64,000 bases of DNA from Alphaproteobacteria bacterium (GTDB lineage: Bacteria; Pseudomonadota; Alphaproteobacteria; Rs-D84), in assembly GCA_024402765.1 (NCBI GenBank), contig JAKSTC010000001.1, forward strand, positions 3,170-67,169, written 5' to 3'. Within the stretch, counting starts at the first letter, position 1, and each line of letters begins with the position of its first letter. Shown here one piece after another: positions 10,113 to 19,484 of this stretch. Position numbers and translations under genes: made by a program. The notes beneath the pieces were generated by a model that had not been told where the DNA came from, made no database searches, and was given only the letters and a program-made list of their open reading frames with translations.

Positions 10113-11243
10113 TTAAATACTAGATGGTACGTCCAAAGTACCGGAATTAAATGCGTTAATTATGCTAATTTTAACAGCTTTACCATCATAACCAACATAA
10201 CACAAATCACCCTCAGCTTCACCACATTCTAAATCTTCAGCATTTGCCTTTGCATCCAATGCAGCTGTCAAGCCAGCAATCTTGCTCTGTTCGATTGCTG
10301 CAGAACCTGATATATCTGCATTTACGATTGCACCACTTGTAATATCACCGGCTTCAACCTTATTTTTTGCTGCCAAATCACCTAAATCCGCTGAATCTGC
10401 TTTCTTTGCCAATTCTGTATTCATGTCAGTTGTGGTTGTGTAATTTGTCAAATCAGCAACATTTTTGTTGATATAACCAGCATCATTAGTAAAGGTGCTA
10501 ACATTAGTTGGTTTACCACTCAAATCACTATACGCACCACTTGTTGCGACAGCTGCTAAACCACTAACATAATCAGCAGACAATTTGTGTGTACTATCAA
10601 TCGTAGCCTGTTTACCTTCCAATGCTGTATCAACTTCAAGCGCTGAATATGTTTCTGCCTTTAAATATGTATCTGTCTTATCTGCTTTGCCAGATTCCAA
10701 CGCATCAATGTCAGCTTCTGCAGCAGTCAAACGAGTATTCAAACCACTTTCTACGCCTGTTGCACGTGTTACTTCAGCATCAATAGCTTCGGTATTATCT
10801 TCAACAGTTGCTGCCAAAGTTGTCAAAGAACCTGTTGCGCCACTAATCTCGTCAATAGCACTCTCGATTGCACTAGCAACCTCTTCTTGAGTATAAGTTT
10901 CTTCTTTTGTATAAACATCAGCACTATCCGCCTTTTCAGCAATAGTTTCAGCATAACCATCATAAGTGCTAACCTTATCCGATGTGATGCCGGAATTTAC
11001 TGCCGCCAGTTGGGCTGTGTTCAAAGCAGCCTGTTTTGCATCCCATGCGTCTTGTTTTGCCTTTGTAACGTGCAAATCTGTGTTGCTTGCGTGAGTTGTG
11101 ATAGCCTGAGCATTTGTGTTATACGCAGTATCGACGTATGTTTTTGTGGTCAAAGAACCCGCATCTGCAGTTGCAGCGTATGCGCCACCAGCCATTAATA
11201 TAGAAGCCATAAAGCCACTAAATACAATATTTCTTATTTTCAT
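10113..11243 (-). CDS. Secreted phage-tail-fibre-repeat protein
   Basis: Start at MKIRNIVFSGFMASILMAGGAYA (signal peptide, aaggaaaa SD). Repeats of the form DVYTKEETYTQEEV / KTDTYLKAETYSALEVD and ...SGAYSDLSGKPT resemble phage tail-fibre repeats. The K-rich N-terminal extension of the listed ORF is an A-rich intergenic artefact. Confidence 0.6.
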   Translation of the reverse strand: MKIRNIVFSGFMASILMAGGAYAATADAGSLTTKTYVDTAYNTNAQAITTHASNTDLHVTKAKQDAWDAKQAALNTAQLAAVNSGITSDKVSTYDGYAETIAEKADSADVYTKEETYTQEEVASAIESAIDEISGATGSLTTLAATVEDNTEAIDAEVTRATGVESGLNTRLTAAEADIDALESGKADKTDTYLKAETYSALEVDTALEGKQATIDSTHKLSADYVSGLAAVATSGAYSDLSGKPTNVSTFTNDAGYINKNVADLTNYTTTTDMNTELAKKADSADLGDLAAKNKVEAGDITSGAIVNADISGSAAIEQSKIAGLTAALDAKANAEDLECGEAEGDLCYVGYDGKAVKISIINAFNSGTLDVPSSI

Positions 11244-11358
11244 TTTTTTTCCTTTCTTTCGTTTGTTTGTTTTTTTGTTTATTTTTTTGTTTTTTCTTCG
11301 GTTTTTATTTACTTTCTTTTCTTCACTCTTTTTTTCAGTTTTTTTCAATTAAATCTTT

Positions 11359-12882
11359 TTACCAATTTTTATTGGTTATCGCCAAATCATACGGTACCGC
11401 TGTATTACCAACAATCAGACAATACTTATTATCGTCGCATGTCAAAGCATCCAATTCTGTCTTGGTCGCATAGGTGTCTGTAATAACATTACCAGATGCA
11501 TCCTGTGTTGCCTTGGTTGCGTTTGTTGCATTCGTGGCGTTTGTTGCATTTGTGGCGTTTGTTGCATTTGTGGCACTATCTGCACTTGTTGCTTTTGCAA
11601 CTTTTGTAGTTCCATCAACAATGTCTTCAATTGCTGCTGCATTGGTCGCAATTTGTGTTTTTTCTGATGCTGTAACAAACTTGTTCGTAGCAGATGTATC
11701 ATCAACCAAATCAGCACCCAACTTGCTATCAGTTGTAATTGCGTTCTGTTTGTTTGTCCATGCAGTTTTCTGAGACGATGTCACATGGATATCATTATTT
11801 GCAACGTGTGCATCATATCCATCAATCTTTGTCTTGGTCGCACCAGAATTCGCCGCCGCCAGTTGGGCTTCGGACAAATTAGCCTGTTTTGTGTTGCTTA
11901 AGCCTTGAATATCTTCTGTATGCTGATTTAAAGTCGTATTATACGCATCATATTTGCCAACTTTTTCTTCTGTGATACCAGAATTAGCTGCTGCCAATTG
12001 TTCGGTTGTCAAATTAGCCTGTTTACCATCCTCTAACGCCGCAATAGCGCTTGCGTTTGATGCAATTGCAGCCGTATTCGATGCAATAGCACTAACGTCG
12101 TCTTCTGTGATACCAGAATTCACCGCAGCCAGTTGATCTGTGTTCAAAGCAGCCTGTTTGTTATCCAACAATCCATCAACTTCTGTTTTTGTATAAACAT
12201 CGGTTGCATTAGCTTTGTTATTATTTAAGTTTGTGATATTTGTTTCGGCTGCGGTCATTCTTGCCTTCAAACCAGTATTCGCAGCATTAATGTCAGTATT
12301 TAAGCCTTCAATATCTTCCTCTAATGCGTCAGCAACAGCCTGTAAACCAGATATAGCCCCTCTAATATCCGCGTGAGCCTCTGGTGCCATATCATGATCA
12401 GAGATTTCAAGTGTAATAGCAGCTGTAACATCATCAGCACTTTGGAAATCAGCAACCGTAGTTTCCAATGTGTCCAACCTATCATCCAAATCCCCTATCG
12501 CAGCCTCAGCAGCAGAAGACTCGCCCTCTATATATGCCACAACATTCGCCTTACCCGATGGCAAAGTACCAACCAAGCCAGCCGCCGTACCTTTTGTTTC
12601 GTATGTATCCGCAGCATCCGCAGATTTCAAATATGTAGTGTTAATTGCATTACCATCGGCATCACCTGTTGCCTTGGCTGCAATCGTTGTTCCATTTGTG
12701 ATATTTGTAACCGCGGTACCAACCTTTGATGCCGCATCCGCAGCTGCCTGGCTAATCGCATAGTTAACACCCTGAATCACATACTGATCTGTTGCCAATG
12801 TTGGAGTGTCCGCAGCATATGCCGCACCAGCCATCAAAATGGATGCCATAAATCCACTAAATGCAATGTTTTTTACTTTCAT
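11359..12882 (-). CDS. Secreted phage-tail-fibre-repeat protein (paralog), with an (ATN)n tract
   Basis: Signal MKVKNIAFSGFMASILMAGAAYA. Repeated LAAVNSGITEDDV / LAAANSGITEEKV modules shared with the 10113 gene. C-terminal Cys pair. Confidence 0.6.
   Translation of the reverse strand: MKVKNIAFSGFMASILMAGAAYAADTPTLATDQYVIQGVNYAISQAAADAASKVGTAVTNITNGTTIAAKATGDADGNAINTTYLKSADAADTYETKGTAAGLVGTLPSGKANVVAYIEGESSAAEAAIGDLDDRLDTLETTVADFQSADDVTAAITLEISDHDMAPEAHADIRGAISGLQAVADALEEDIEGLNTDINAANTGLKARMTAAETNITNLNNNKANATDVYTKTEVDGLLDNKQAALNTDQLAAVNSGITEDDVSAIASNTAAIASNASAIAALEDGKQANLTTEQLAAANSGITEEKVGKYDAYNTTLNQHTEDIQGLSNTKQANLSEAQLAAANSGATKTKIDGYDAHVANNDIHVTSSQKTAWTNKQNAITTDSKLGADLVDDTSATNKFVTASEKTQIATNAAAIEDIVDGTTKVAKATSADSATNATNATNATNATNATNATKATQDASGNVITDTYATKTELDALTCDDNKYCLIVGNTAVPYDLAITNKNW
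11506..11590. repeat. Tandem 9/18-nt coding repeat (gcgtttgttgcattYgtg)n encoding ATNATNATN...
   Basis: Four to five near-perfect 18-nt copies. The unit is a multiple of 3, so length changes stay in frame. Confidence 0.7.
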
Positions 12883-12927
12883 TTTTTCCTTCCTTTCGTT
12901 TGTGCAGCTATCTGCTGTTTATTGTTA

Positions 12928-13863
12928 TTATTCTACATCCAGTTTATCTGGGTCAAATGCCCCATCATATACTGAAAAATCTGCAACATCTGTAATTTTG
13001 GTGTTCAGCTCATCAATTTTGCCACTAATCTCATCAATGGTATCATTAATAACCGTAACCCCAGATGATTTATTAAAGGCATCAGTAAACTTTGAATCAA
13101 ACTCTGACGATTTTAAATAACCACCCAAATCTGTTGTTTTCGCATAACCACTAAGTTCAATTTCACCTAATTCGACCGCCCCAGCAATTATATCCGCAAT
13201 ATTATCCGAAGTTACAAAATCACTCATGTCTGGAATATCAGACGACAACGCATAACCCGCCAATGGTGTTGTTGCCAAAGATTTATCTAATTCTTCACGC
13301 AATTTATCTTTTCTAAGATATATCTCATCTATTTCATCTTCTGTAATATAATCATCTATGAGCTGTTGTTTAGTAGCCCAATCGTCAATATCCGCCAATA
13401 AAGATTCTAAAGATTCTAATGCTTCCGCTGTCGTCTCGTCTGATAATTTAAGGTCAGCGATATCTTGCTTTAACAATTCAAACTTTTCTTCAACCTTTGC
13501 TTCAAATTCAGGAAGATTTATCGCCCCAGCCGTTGATGTCGATGTCGAAACCTTGTTGGAAACAACACCAGAACCAGATAAATACTTACCAATTGACATA
13601 CGTGTCCCAGTCCCAGCATTCCCAGATACAGTTCCCGTTGATCCAGATGTCGATGGGGATGTTGTCGCAGATGTTGTTGTCTTGGATACCTTTACCGCAG
13701 GAACGGCACGAACAGATCCCGCACGCGTCGCAGTACCCGACCCAACCGATGTTACACCATTATATGTCCCCGCACCACCCAATGTGCGAACAGACGATGC
13801 AGCAAAACCCAATGTTGGTAATGCCAATATTCCAGACATAATAATAGGTAAAAACTTATTCAA
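12928..13863 (-). CDS. Secreted Ser/Thr-rich acidic protein
   Basis: Signal peptide MNKFLPIIMSGILALPTLGFAASS, then a long S/T/G-rich low-complexity region and an acidic C-terminal half. Confidence 0.5.
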   Translation of the reverse strand: MNKFLPIIMSGILALPTLGFAASSVRTLGGAGTYNGVTSVGSGTATRAGSVRAVPAVKVSKTTTSATTSPSTSGSTGTVSGNAGTGTRMSIGKYLSGSGVVSNKVSTSTSTAGAINLPEFEAKVEEKFELLKQDIADLKLSDETTAEALESLESLLADIDDWATKQQLIDDYITEDEIDEIYLRKDKLREELDKSLATTPLAGYALSSDIPDMSDFVTSDNIADIIAGAVELGEIELSGYAKTTDLGGYLKSSEFDSKFTDAFNKSSGVTVINDTIDEISGKIDELNTKITDVADFSVYDGAFDPDKLDVE

Positions 13864-14084
13864 GTGAAACTCCTATTCTCTCGCGTAATAGTGTATCATA
13901 TTTTGACCATTAAACCAAACGGAAAAAATATTTTTCAATTTTTTTTGTTTTTCGCGCAAGCCTATAAAATCCTAAGGTCCACAAACTTTATAAAAAAAAT
14001 CAAATGTTTTTTTCGAATCGAAAATGGTATTTTTTTTCATACTTTTTTCGACACTAAAAAAGAAAAAAGGACACATTTTTATCA

Positions 14085-14200
14085 CCCTTTGTCATTACGC
14101 GTTATTGCTCTCTTTTGTCATTGCGGTCCCGATTTTCATCGGGATGACAAACAAGGTCCGCAATAAAAGAAAACGCCACAGCATAACACTTTAACTTTTT
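14085..14200. repeat. Palindromic repeat cluster (ttgtcattgcggtcccgat-tttc-atcgggatgacaa)
   Basis: Nested inverted repeats sharing the gtcattgcg / cgcaatgac theme. Confidence 0.5.
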
Positions 14201-14386
14201 GTCATTCCGGCGCAGGCTAAGTAATTCATAGACATTTTTATTTTACAAAATTTATTGCAAATAAATTTTGTCATTGCGGACTTGGTCCGCAATAGGGTCT
14301 AGGAAATTAATACCGAATACTCGTAATAAAAACGAATACTGCACCCCAGGTCTTAAAGACCCTGTTCCGGCCTGCGCCGGAATGAC
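14201..14386. mobile_element. MITE with perfect 17-bp terminal inverted repeats (gtcattccggcgcaggc ... gcctgcgccggaatgac)
   Basis: TIRs at 14201-14217 and 14370-14386. Internal hairpins (attgcggac-ttg-gtccgcaat, aggtcttaaagacct). A near-identical interior recurs at 58866-58965. Confidence 0.7.
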
Positions 14387-14471
14387 AAAAAATGAAAAAC
14401 AATACACACAACAACAAAAAATGCCTTTACGATTACTTGACCCATTTATTTTTTTTTACTATGCTGAGGGT

Positions 14472-15254
14472 ATGGAAGAAAAGACCGCAATCTCTTTTGC
14501 AAACGTTGCCGCAGGATACGATGATGTTAACGAAGTATTAACCGATGTTTCGTTTAATATTCGCTCGGGTGCTTTCTATTTTTTGTCTGGCCCATCGGGC
14601 GCGGGGAAAACAACATTGTTGCGCCTGATATACCAACTGCACCGTCCAATGCGCGGACAAATAAAATTGTTTGGGGTTTCAACGGGCGCACTAACCCGAA
14701 ACAAAATCGCAGAATTGCGCCATAAAATGGCGATTGTGTTCCAGGAATATTCCCTGATATCGCACTTTTCGGTGTTTGACAATATCGCCCTGCCCCTGCG
14801 CGTGCGCGGCATGGACGAAGATAAAATTACAAAATTGGTATCCAAGGTACTTGATTGGGTGGGACTTTCTAAATATGCTGACGCGAATCCAAAATCACTG
14901 TCGGGCGGTCAACAACAACGTGTTTCTGTGGCACGTGCCATTATTGTTCAGCCGTCTATATTATTAGCAGACGAACCAACGGGAAATTTGGACGATGAAA
15001 ACGCTTCACGTTTGATGGAACTGTTTATTCAAATGAATAAAATGTTTGGGACCACTATTGTTCTGGCCACACATAGTAAAAAATTAATGGAAACTTATAA
15101 ATTTCCTGTGATTCAGATTGATAATCATCATGTCAGTTTTAGCGAAAGCAAACAAGAGGCAGAACCCGCAAAGAAAATATGGAAGGGTCCAAAACCACAA
15201 AACTATTTTTCTGAATTATCTAAACAATTTGACGATATTGGAAATATAAAATGA
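14472..15254 (+). CDS. ftsE: Cell-division ABC transporter ATP-binding protein FtsE
   Basis: Walker A GPSGAGKTT, ABC signature LSGGQQQR, Walker B LLADEPT. Start taken at MEEKTAISF with a gaggg SD. The upstream 68 codons of the listed ORF are read through the MITE. Confidence 0.8.
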   Translation: MEEKTAISFANVAAGYDDVNEVLTDVSFNIRSGAFYFLSGPSGAGKTTLLRLIYQLHRPMRGQIKLFGVSTGALTRNKIAELRHKMAIVFQEYSLISHFSVFDNIALPLRVRGMDEDKITKLVSKVLDWVGLSKYADANPKSLSGGQQQRVSVARAIIVQPSILLADEPTGNLDDENASRLMELFIQMNKMFGTTIVLATHSKKLMETYKFPVIQIDNHHVSFSESKQEAEPAKKIWKGPKPQNYFSELSKQFDDIGNIK

Positions 15255-16090
15255 AAAAAAGACCTGTTGTTTTTTCACTGGTGCGCGAACAGTCATTATT
15301 TATGACGACAATTATGGCGGTGCTGACTTTCTTGGCAACTGTGGCTTTGGGAATCGCACTCGCCATCGGAACGGGCGCAATTCGTTGGAACAATCAATGG
15401 GATTTGTATGCGACGGTCCAGGTGTCTGATAGCACAAAAATCAATTCGGTTGAAAAAATACTGAACGAAAATAAAAGCAAATTGGAATCTGTGCGTAAAA
15501 TATCTGAATCTGAAATGATAGAACTGATGAAATCTTGGGTTGATGATGAAAGCGCATTAAAAAATTACCTGCCGACTATGTGGGAAATCAAATTCAAAAA
15601 CGATTCGGATTTAAAATCTATCCAACAACAAATCGATAAAAACGGACAATTCCTTACACATGCCAGCGCACTTAAAAAACCAATATCAACGGGTTGGCGT
15701 CTGGTTGCCGTATGCGGACTAATGCTTATCATAATGATATCTGCAATCGGAACATGCATATTATATATTACAAAAAATACCGCTATGTTGCACCGGCGCG
15801 AACTTGAAATACTTAATCAAATCGGCGCAAACGATTCGTTTGTATCACGCCAAATGCAAATCATTGTTGGGAAAATATCCACAATTGCGGCATCTATTGG
15901 TTTTGTTTGTGCGTTGCCGATTTTATGGTTGATTTTATCTGTGGCACGCGCATCCAGAACGGGTTTAATGGCAATGATTACACTTAACTGCTTTGATTGG
16001 GGATTATTGATTTTGCTTCCTATCGCTATCATTATTTTCGCAATCATGGTTACAAAAAAAACAACTATACATATTCTTGAAAATCAATAA
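15251..16090 (+). CDS. ftsX: Cell-division permease FtsX
   Basis: Overlaps the ftsE stop. Four predicted TM segments with a periplasmic loop after TM1. Confidence 0.65.
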   Translation: MKKRPVVFSLVREQSLFMTTIMAVLTFLATVALGIALAIGTGAIRWNNQWDLYATVQVSDSTKINSVEKILNENKSKLESVRKISESEMIELMKSWVDDESALKNYLPTMWEIKFKNDSDLKSIQQQIDKNGQFLTHASALKKPISTGWRLVAVCGLMLIIMISAIGTCILYITKNTAMLHRRELEILNQIGANDSFVSRQMQIIVGKISTIAASIGFVCALPILWLILSVARASRTGLMAMITLNCFDWGLLILLPIAIIIFAIMVTKKTTIHILENQ

Positions 16091-16593
16091 TGAAATTATT
16101 AACACCGTCTTTATTATTGTTGGGTATATTCGTGTTTGGCGGATTAGTATTCAAACTATCTGCACCAACGCAATGCGATGAAATTCGCCCCCACGATTCT
16201 GTATTCGTCCTAACAGGCGACATTCGCAGAATTCCGTTTGCTATGCGCAAAACACGCGAATACCCAAATACAAACCTGTATATTATTGGTGTTGGCACAA
16301 CATATTATACCGCACCAAATATAACAATAGAATCCAAATCAAAATCAACATACCAAAATGCATTGGCAATAAAAAATATTACGACCGAACAAAACCTTAA
16401 TAGGATCGTCATTATTACAACCGAAGAACACATGAACCGGGCGCAATACCTGTTAAAGCACGAAATGCCAAATATTCAGATAATAACATGTCCTGCACCA
16501 CTACATGGTATGCCAGTTGCAAAACGTGTTAAACGTTGGACAATTGAATATATTAAGTATATTGTTACATTATTCGGAATCAAAGAGGGGTAA
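16090..16593 (+). CDS. DUF218 (YdcF/SanA/ElyC) family protein
   Basis: N-terminal TM segment. Motifs SVFVLTGD, IIGVG, VIITTEEHMNRAQ. Confidence 0.5.
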   Translation: MKLLTPSLLLLGIFVFGGLVFKLSAPTQCDEIRPHDSVFVLTGDIRRIPFAMRKTREYPNTNLYIIGVGTTYYTAPNITIESKSKSTYQNALAIKNITTEQNLNRIVIITTEEHMNRAQYLLKHEMPNIQIITCPAPLHGMPVAKRVKRWTIEYIKYIVTLFGIKEG

Positions 16594-16594
16594 A

Positions 16595-17302
16595 ATGTTA
16601 AGAACTTTTATTTTTAAGTTGTGCTTTTATTTAATATTTATTTTGTGGGCACCAATTATTACATTGGCATTGATATCAAAAAAACTAACAAGGATAATCG
16701 CTGTAAGTATGGCGACCCAGATTTTATTCTTTGCGCGTATTACTGTTGGGGTGAATTATAGGGTACACTATCCTGCAACAGAAGAAAACGGTATTTCTAT
16801 TTTACCAAATGGGAACATCCGCAGTGATGGCAAATCTATCATCGCCGCTAAACATATGTCTGTAATGGAGGTAATTATACTCACCAAAATAGTTCGCAAC
16901 TTTACATTTATTATAAAACGCGAATTGATGTGGATACCAATTTATGGTTGGGTATTTGGACGGTTAGGTTTAATACCTGTAAACCGTTCCCGCGGCAAAA
17001 CAAATATGAATAAATTACTGACCGTAACAGCGAAAAAGATAATGGATGGTTATACTTTAATTGTATTTCCCGAAGGAACCAGAACCAAACCAGGCAGTCA
17101 TCCTGTATTAAAACGCGGTCTGTTATTTATCGCGCACGAACTTAAATTACCTATTCAGCCTGTTGGCACAGATACGGGAATATATTGGCCTCGACGTGGT
17201 AAAATGCGTTCTGGAACAGCGAACGTGTATTTTGAACCGTTATTACCCTCAACTGCAACATTGGAAGAAATTGGAGAAGCAATCAATCGCCACGGTGCAT
17301 AA
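16595..17302 (+). CDS. plsC: 1-acyl-sn-glycerol-3-phosphate acyltransferase
   Basis: Start at MLRTF (agagggg SD). Acyltransferase motifs AAKHMSVME (HxxxxD-like) and FPEGTR. Confidence 0.7.
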   Translation: MLRTFIFKLCFYLIFILWAPIITLALISKKLTRIIAVSMATQILFFARITVGVNYRVHYPATEENGISILPNGNIRSDGKSIIAAKHMSVMEVIILTKIVRNFTFIIKRELMWIPIYGWVFGRLGLIPVNRSRGKTNMNKLLTVTAKKIMDGYTLIVFPEGTRTKPGSHPVLKRGLLFIAHELKLPIQPVGTDTGIYWPRRGKMRSGTANVYFEPLLPSTATLEEIGEAINRHGA

Positions 17303-17308
17303 TAAATA

Positions 17309-17725
17309 TCACTTTTTATTACACCAGCTCTGACGTTTGCCACCATTATATTTCCGTCCTACTCGTTCTGAAATCAAAACGTTACCAACATTACGCCCTG
17401 CTGTATCATAAACATTGGCGTCAATACGTCCCAGATATTTATCGTCTTTGATATCAGACAATTCTACAATAGTGCCCACAGGGATAATTTCACCCAGGCG
17501 CTGTTTTGCATATTGTGCCTGACGCACTTCTGATTCACACTCGCCATGAATCTCTGGTGTATCAACATTACGTAAACGCACACGCACAGAAATCTCAGTA
17601 TCCGAGTCCGCCAACATAACCTGGGCTGCAAAGGTATCCCCATCAACAATATATCCAACACGCGCTGGCACCGCAAACGCAGGCACCGAAATGAACAAAC
17701 ATGATACAAACGCATATCTTTTCAT
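17309..17725 (-). CDS. Secreted thermonuclease (SNase-like) family protein
   Basis: Signal peptide. DGDTF...VRLRNVDTPE motif characteristic of staphylococcal-nuclease homologues. Confidence 0.65.
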   Translation of the reverse strand: MKRYAFVSCLFISVPAFAVPARVGYIVDGDTFAAQVMLADSDTEISVRVRLRNVDTPEIHGECESEVRQAQYAKQRLGEIIPVGTIVELSDIKDDKYLGRIDANVYDTAGRNVGNVLISERVGRKYNGGKRQSWCNKK

Positions 17726-17727
17726 AT

Positions 17728-19047
17728 TTACTGTAATCGTGGCGACCAGGTTGGATCAACACCATTTATATCGTCTGGTAATTCAATTTCGTAAATATTC
17801 TGACCGGTAATATCCACGCTGCGAATATGGCTAATGCGTTCAATATCATCTTCGGCTTTTTCTGTCTCATAATACACTAATCTGCGCGAGCCCGGCGCCC
17901 AAGACGGAGCTTCCATATACCAACCGCCCGCCAAGATTTTTTCATTACGGCCATTTGGCGACATAATTCCGATGTAAAAAGTATCGTCTGCAATCTTGGT
18001 AAAGGCAATAAATTGACCATCAGGCGACCACGCCGGCGTTGCATACCGCCCCGCCCCATAAGTAATTCTGTTTTCAACACCTGTTTCCAAATCCAGAACG
18101 TGAATTTGTTGACGCCCCGATCTATCAGAATTAAATGCCATTTTTTTGCCGTCTGGGGAATAAGACGGACTGGTATTAATAGAATCACCAAATGTCAACT
18201 GACGCAATTCTTTGCTATTAATATTGTATTCATATATATGTGTAATTCCATCTTTGACCAAAGACAACGCAATCTTTGACCCGTCGGGTGAAAAACGTGG
18301 TGCAAAACTCATTCCACCAAATTGCCCCAAGCGTCTTTGCTCACCGGTATCTAAATCAAGTGTCCACACCATTGGGTCGTCATTATAATAAGACAAAAAC
18401 ACAATAGTATCCATATTTGGTGAAAAATGTGGCGACATAACAAATGTTTTTTCATCAGACAAATACCGCATTCCATAACCATCTTGGTCCATAATCGCCA
18501 TACGTTTGATGCGTTTTGTAATGGGACCTGTTTCAGCAATAAATACTATCTGGGTATCAAAATAGCCAACTTCGCCAGTCAGACGTTCATAAATAGCATC
18601 CGACATAATATGCCCCAACCTGCGCACAGATTTTTTTGAGGCAACCAAACTTTGTGCTTCTATCTGTTCTTTGCCGTCAACATCCCAAACATAAAAATCA
18701 ACCTTGTACTGTTTATCATTTGTTAAGTCCATCTTTGCCTGAACCAAGACCTGAGTTTTTATTGCGTTCCACAATTTAAAGTTAGGCATTTCATTCATTT
18801 TTACATGTTCTGGCAACGCATTATGCGAAACAATGTGAAACAAACCTGTTGTTTTTAAATCGTTTTCAACAACCGCCCGCACTGTATCTGCGTCTTTGGC
18901 CACGACCCCGGGTCCCATTTCAAACTTTTGAACGGCAATCGATATTGGCTTTACCCCACCAGCAACGATATCAACCTTTAATTCTGCATTAGCAGAAAAC
19001 ACAGCACATACAACCAATGTGCAAAACACGATAATTTTTTTCAACAT
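17728..19047 (-). CDS. tolB: Tol-Pal system beta-propeller protein TolB
   Basis: 439 aa with signal peptide, a TolB N-domain and repeated beta-propeller blades (SPDG..IAF). Confidence 0.85.
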   Translation of the reverse strand: MLKKIIVFCTLVVCAVFSANAELKVDIVAGGVKPISIAVQKFEMGPGVVAKDADTVRAVVENDLKTTGLFHIVSHNALPEHVKMNEMPNFKLWNAIKTQVLVQAKMDLTNDKQYKVDFYVWDVDGKEQIEAQSLVASKKSVRRLGHIMSDAIYERLTGEVGYFDTQIVFIAETGPITKRIKRMAIMDQDGYGMRYLSDEKTFVMSPHFSPNMDTIVFLSYYNDDPMVWTLDLDTGEQRRLGQFGGMSFAPRFSPDGSKIALSLVKDGITHIYEYNINSKELRQLTFGDSINTSPSYSPDGKKMAFNSDRSGRQQIHVLDLETGVENRITYGAGRYATPAWSPDGQFIAFTKIADDTFYIGIMSPNGRNEKILAGGWYMEAPSWAPGSRRLVYYETEKAEDDIERISHIRSVDITGQNIYEIELPDDINGVDPTWSPRLQ

Positions 19048-19168
19048 ATAAAAATCCTTTCCCTTTACCCACTATATTATATACACAAAATAAAAAAAGC
19101 AAGCCCCCTATACACACCACAACACAACCGCCCACACACCAAACAACACAAGGTTATACACAAATGTA

Positions 19169-19196
19169 TTGACAAGTGTAAATACAATGATATAGT
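19169..19196 (+). promoter_or_regulatory. Near-consensus sigma70-type promoter (TTGACA-16 nt-TATAGT)
   Basis: -35 at 19169-19174 and -10 at 19191-19196, about 45 nt upstream of the RHH gene start. Confidence 0.5.
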
Positions 19197-19242
19197 CACT
19201 AGTAAACACAGTTGTGTTGAACAAAGTATAGAGGTTTGTATT

Positions 19243-19464
19243 ATGCCAAATGTAATGCAACAACTGTTCGTTATGAACATAGAATCTCTGTTAAAAGAGT
19301 ATGCGGCCTATCGCGCCTTTAATAAATCTGACTGTGTTATAAATATGCGTATTCCACATCAAATTCTGGACAAAATAAAGGAACTAGCCGAGACACAGCA
19401 TGTTCCATATCAATCTTTAATATCATCTGTGTTATATTCACTTGCTAATACTGAAAATCAATAA
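19243..19464 (+). CDS. Ribbon-helix-helix (CopG/BrnA-like) antitoxin-like DNA-binding protein
   Basis: 73 aa. VINMRIPHQILDKIKELAETQHVPYQSLISSVL fits a beta-alpha-alpha RHH fold. Confidence 0.45.
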   Translation: MPNVMQQLFVMNIESLLKEYAAYRAFNKSDCVINMRIPHQILDKIKELAETQHVPYQSLISSVLYSLANTENQ

Positions 19465-19484
19465 ACAAAAAAGGACTGACAATT

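Noticed and set aside
11244-11348. K-rich N-terminal extension (MKKTEKKSEEKKVNKNRRKN...) of the 10113 ORF
   Set aside because: It is encoded by an A-rich intergenic tract. The real start (MKIRNIVF, with signal peptide and SD) is internal.
14268-14471. 68-codon N-terminal extension of ftsE
   Set aside because: It reads through the MITE. The same peptide arises from another MITE copy (ORF 58660..58956), and the internal MEEKTAISF start has an SD.
19077-19280. Cys/Leu-rich 67-aa minus-strand ORF
   Set aside because: It lies in the CA-rich intergenic/promoter region upstream of tolB and overlaps the predicted promoter of the RHH gene. It is low complexity.
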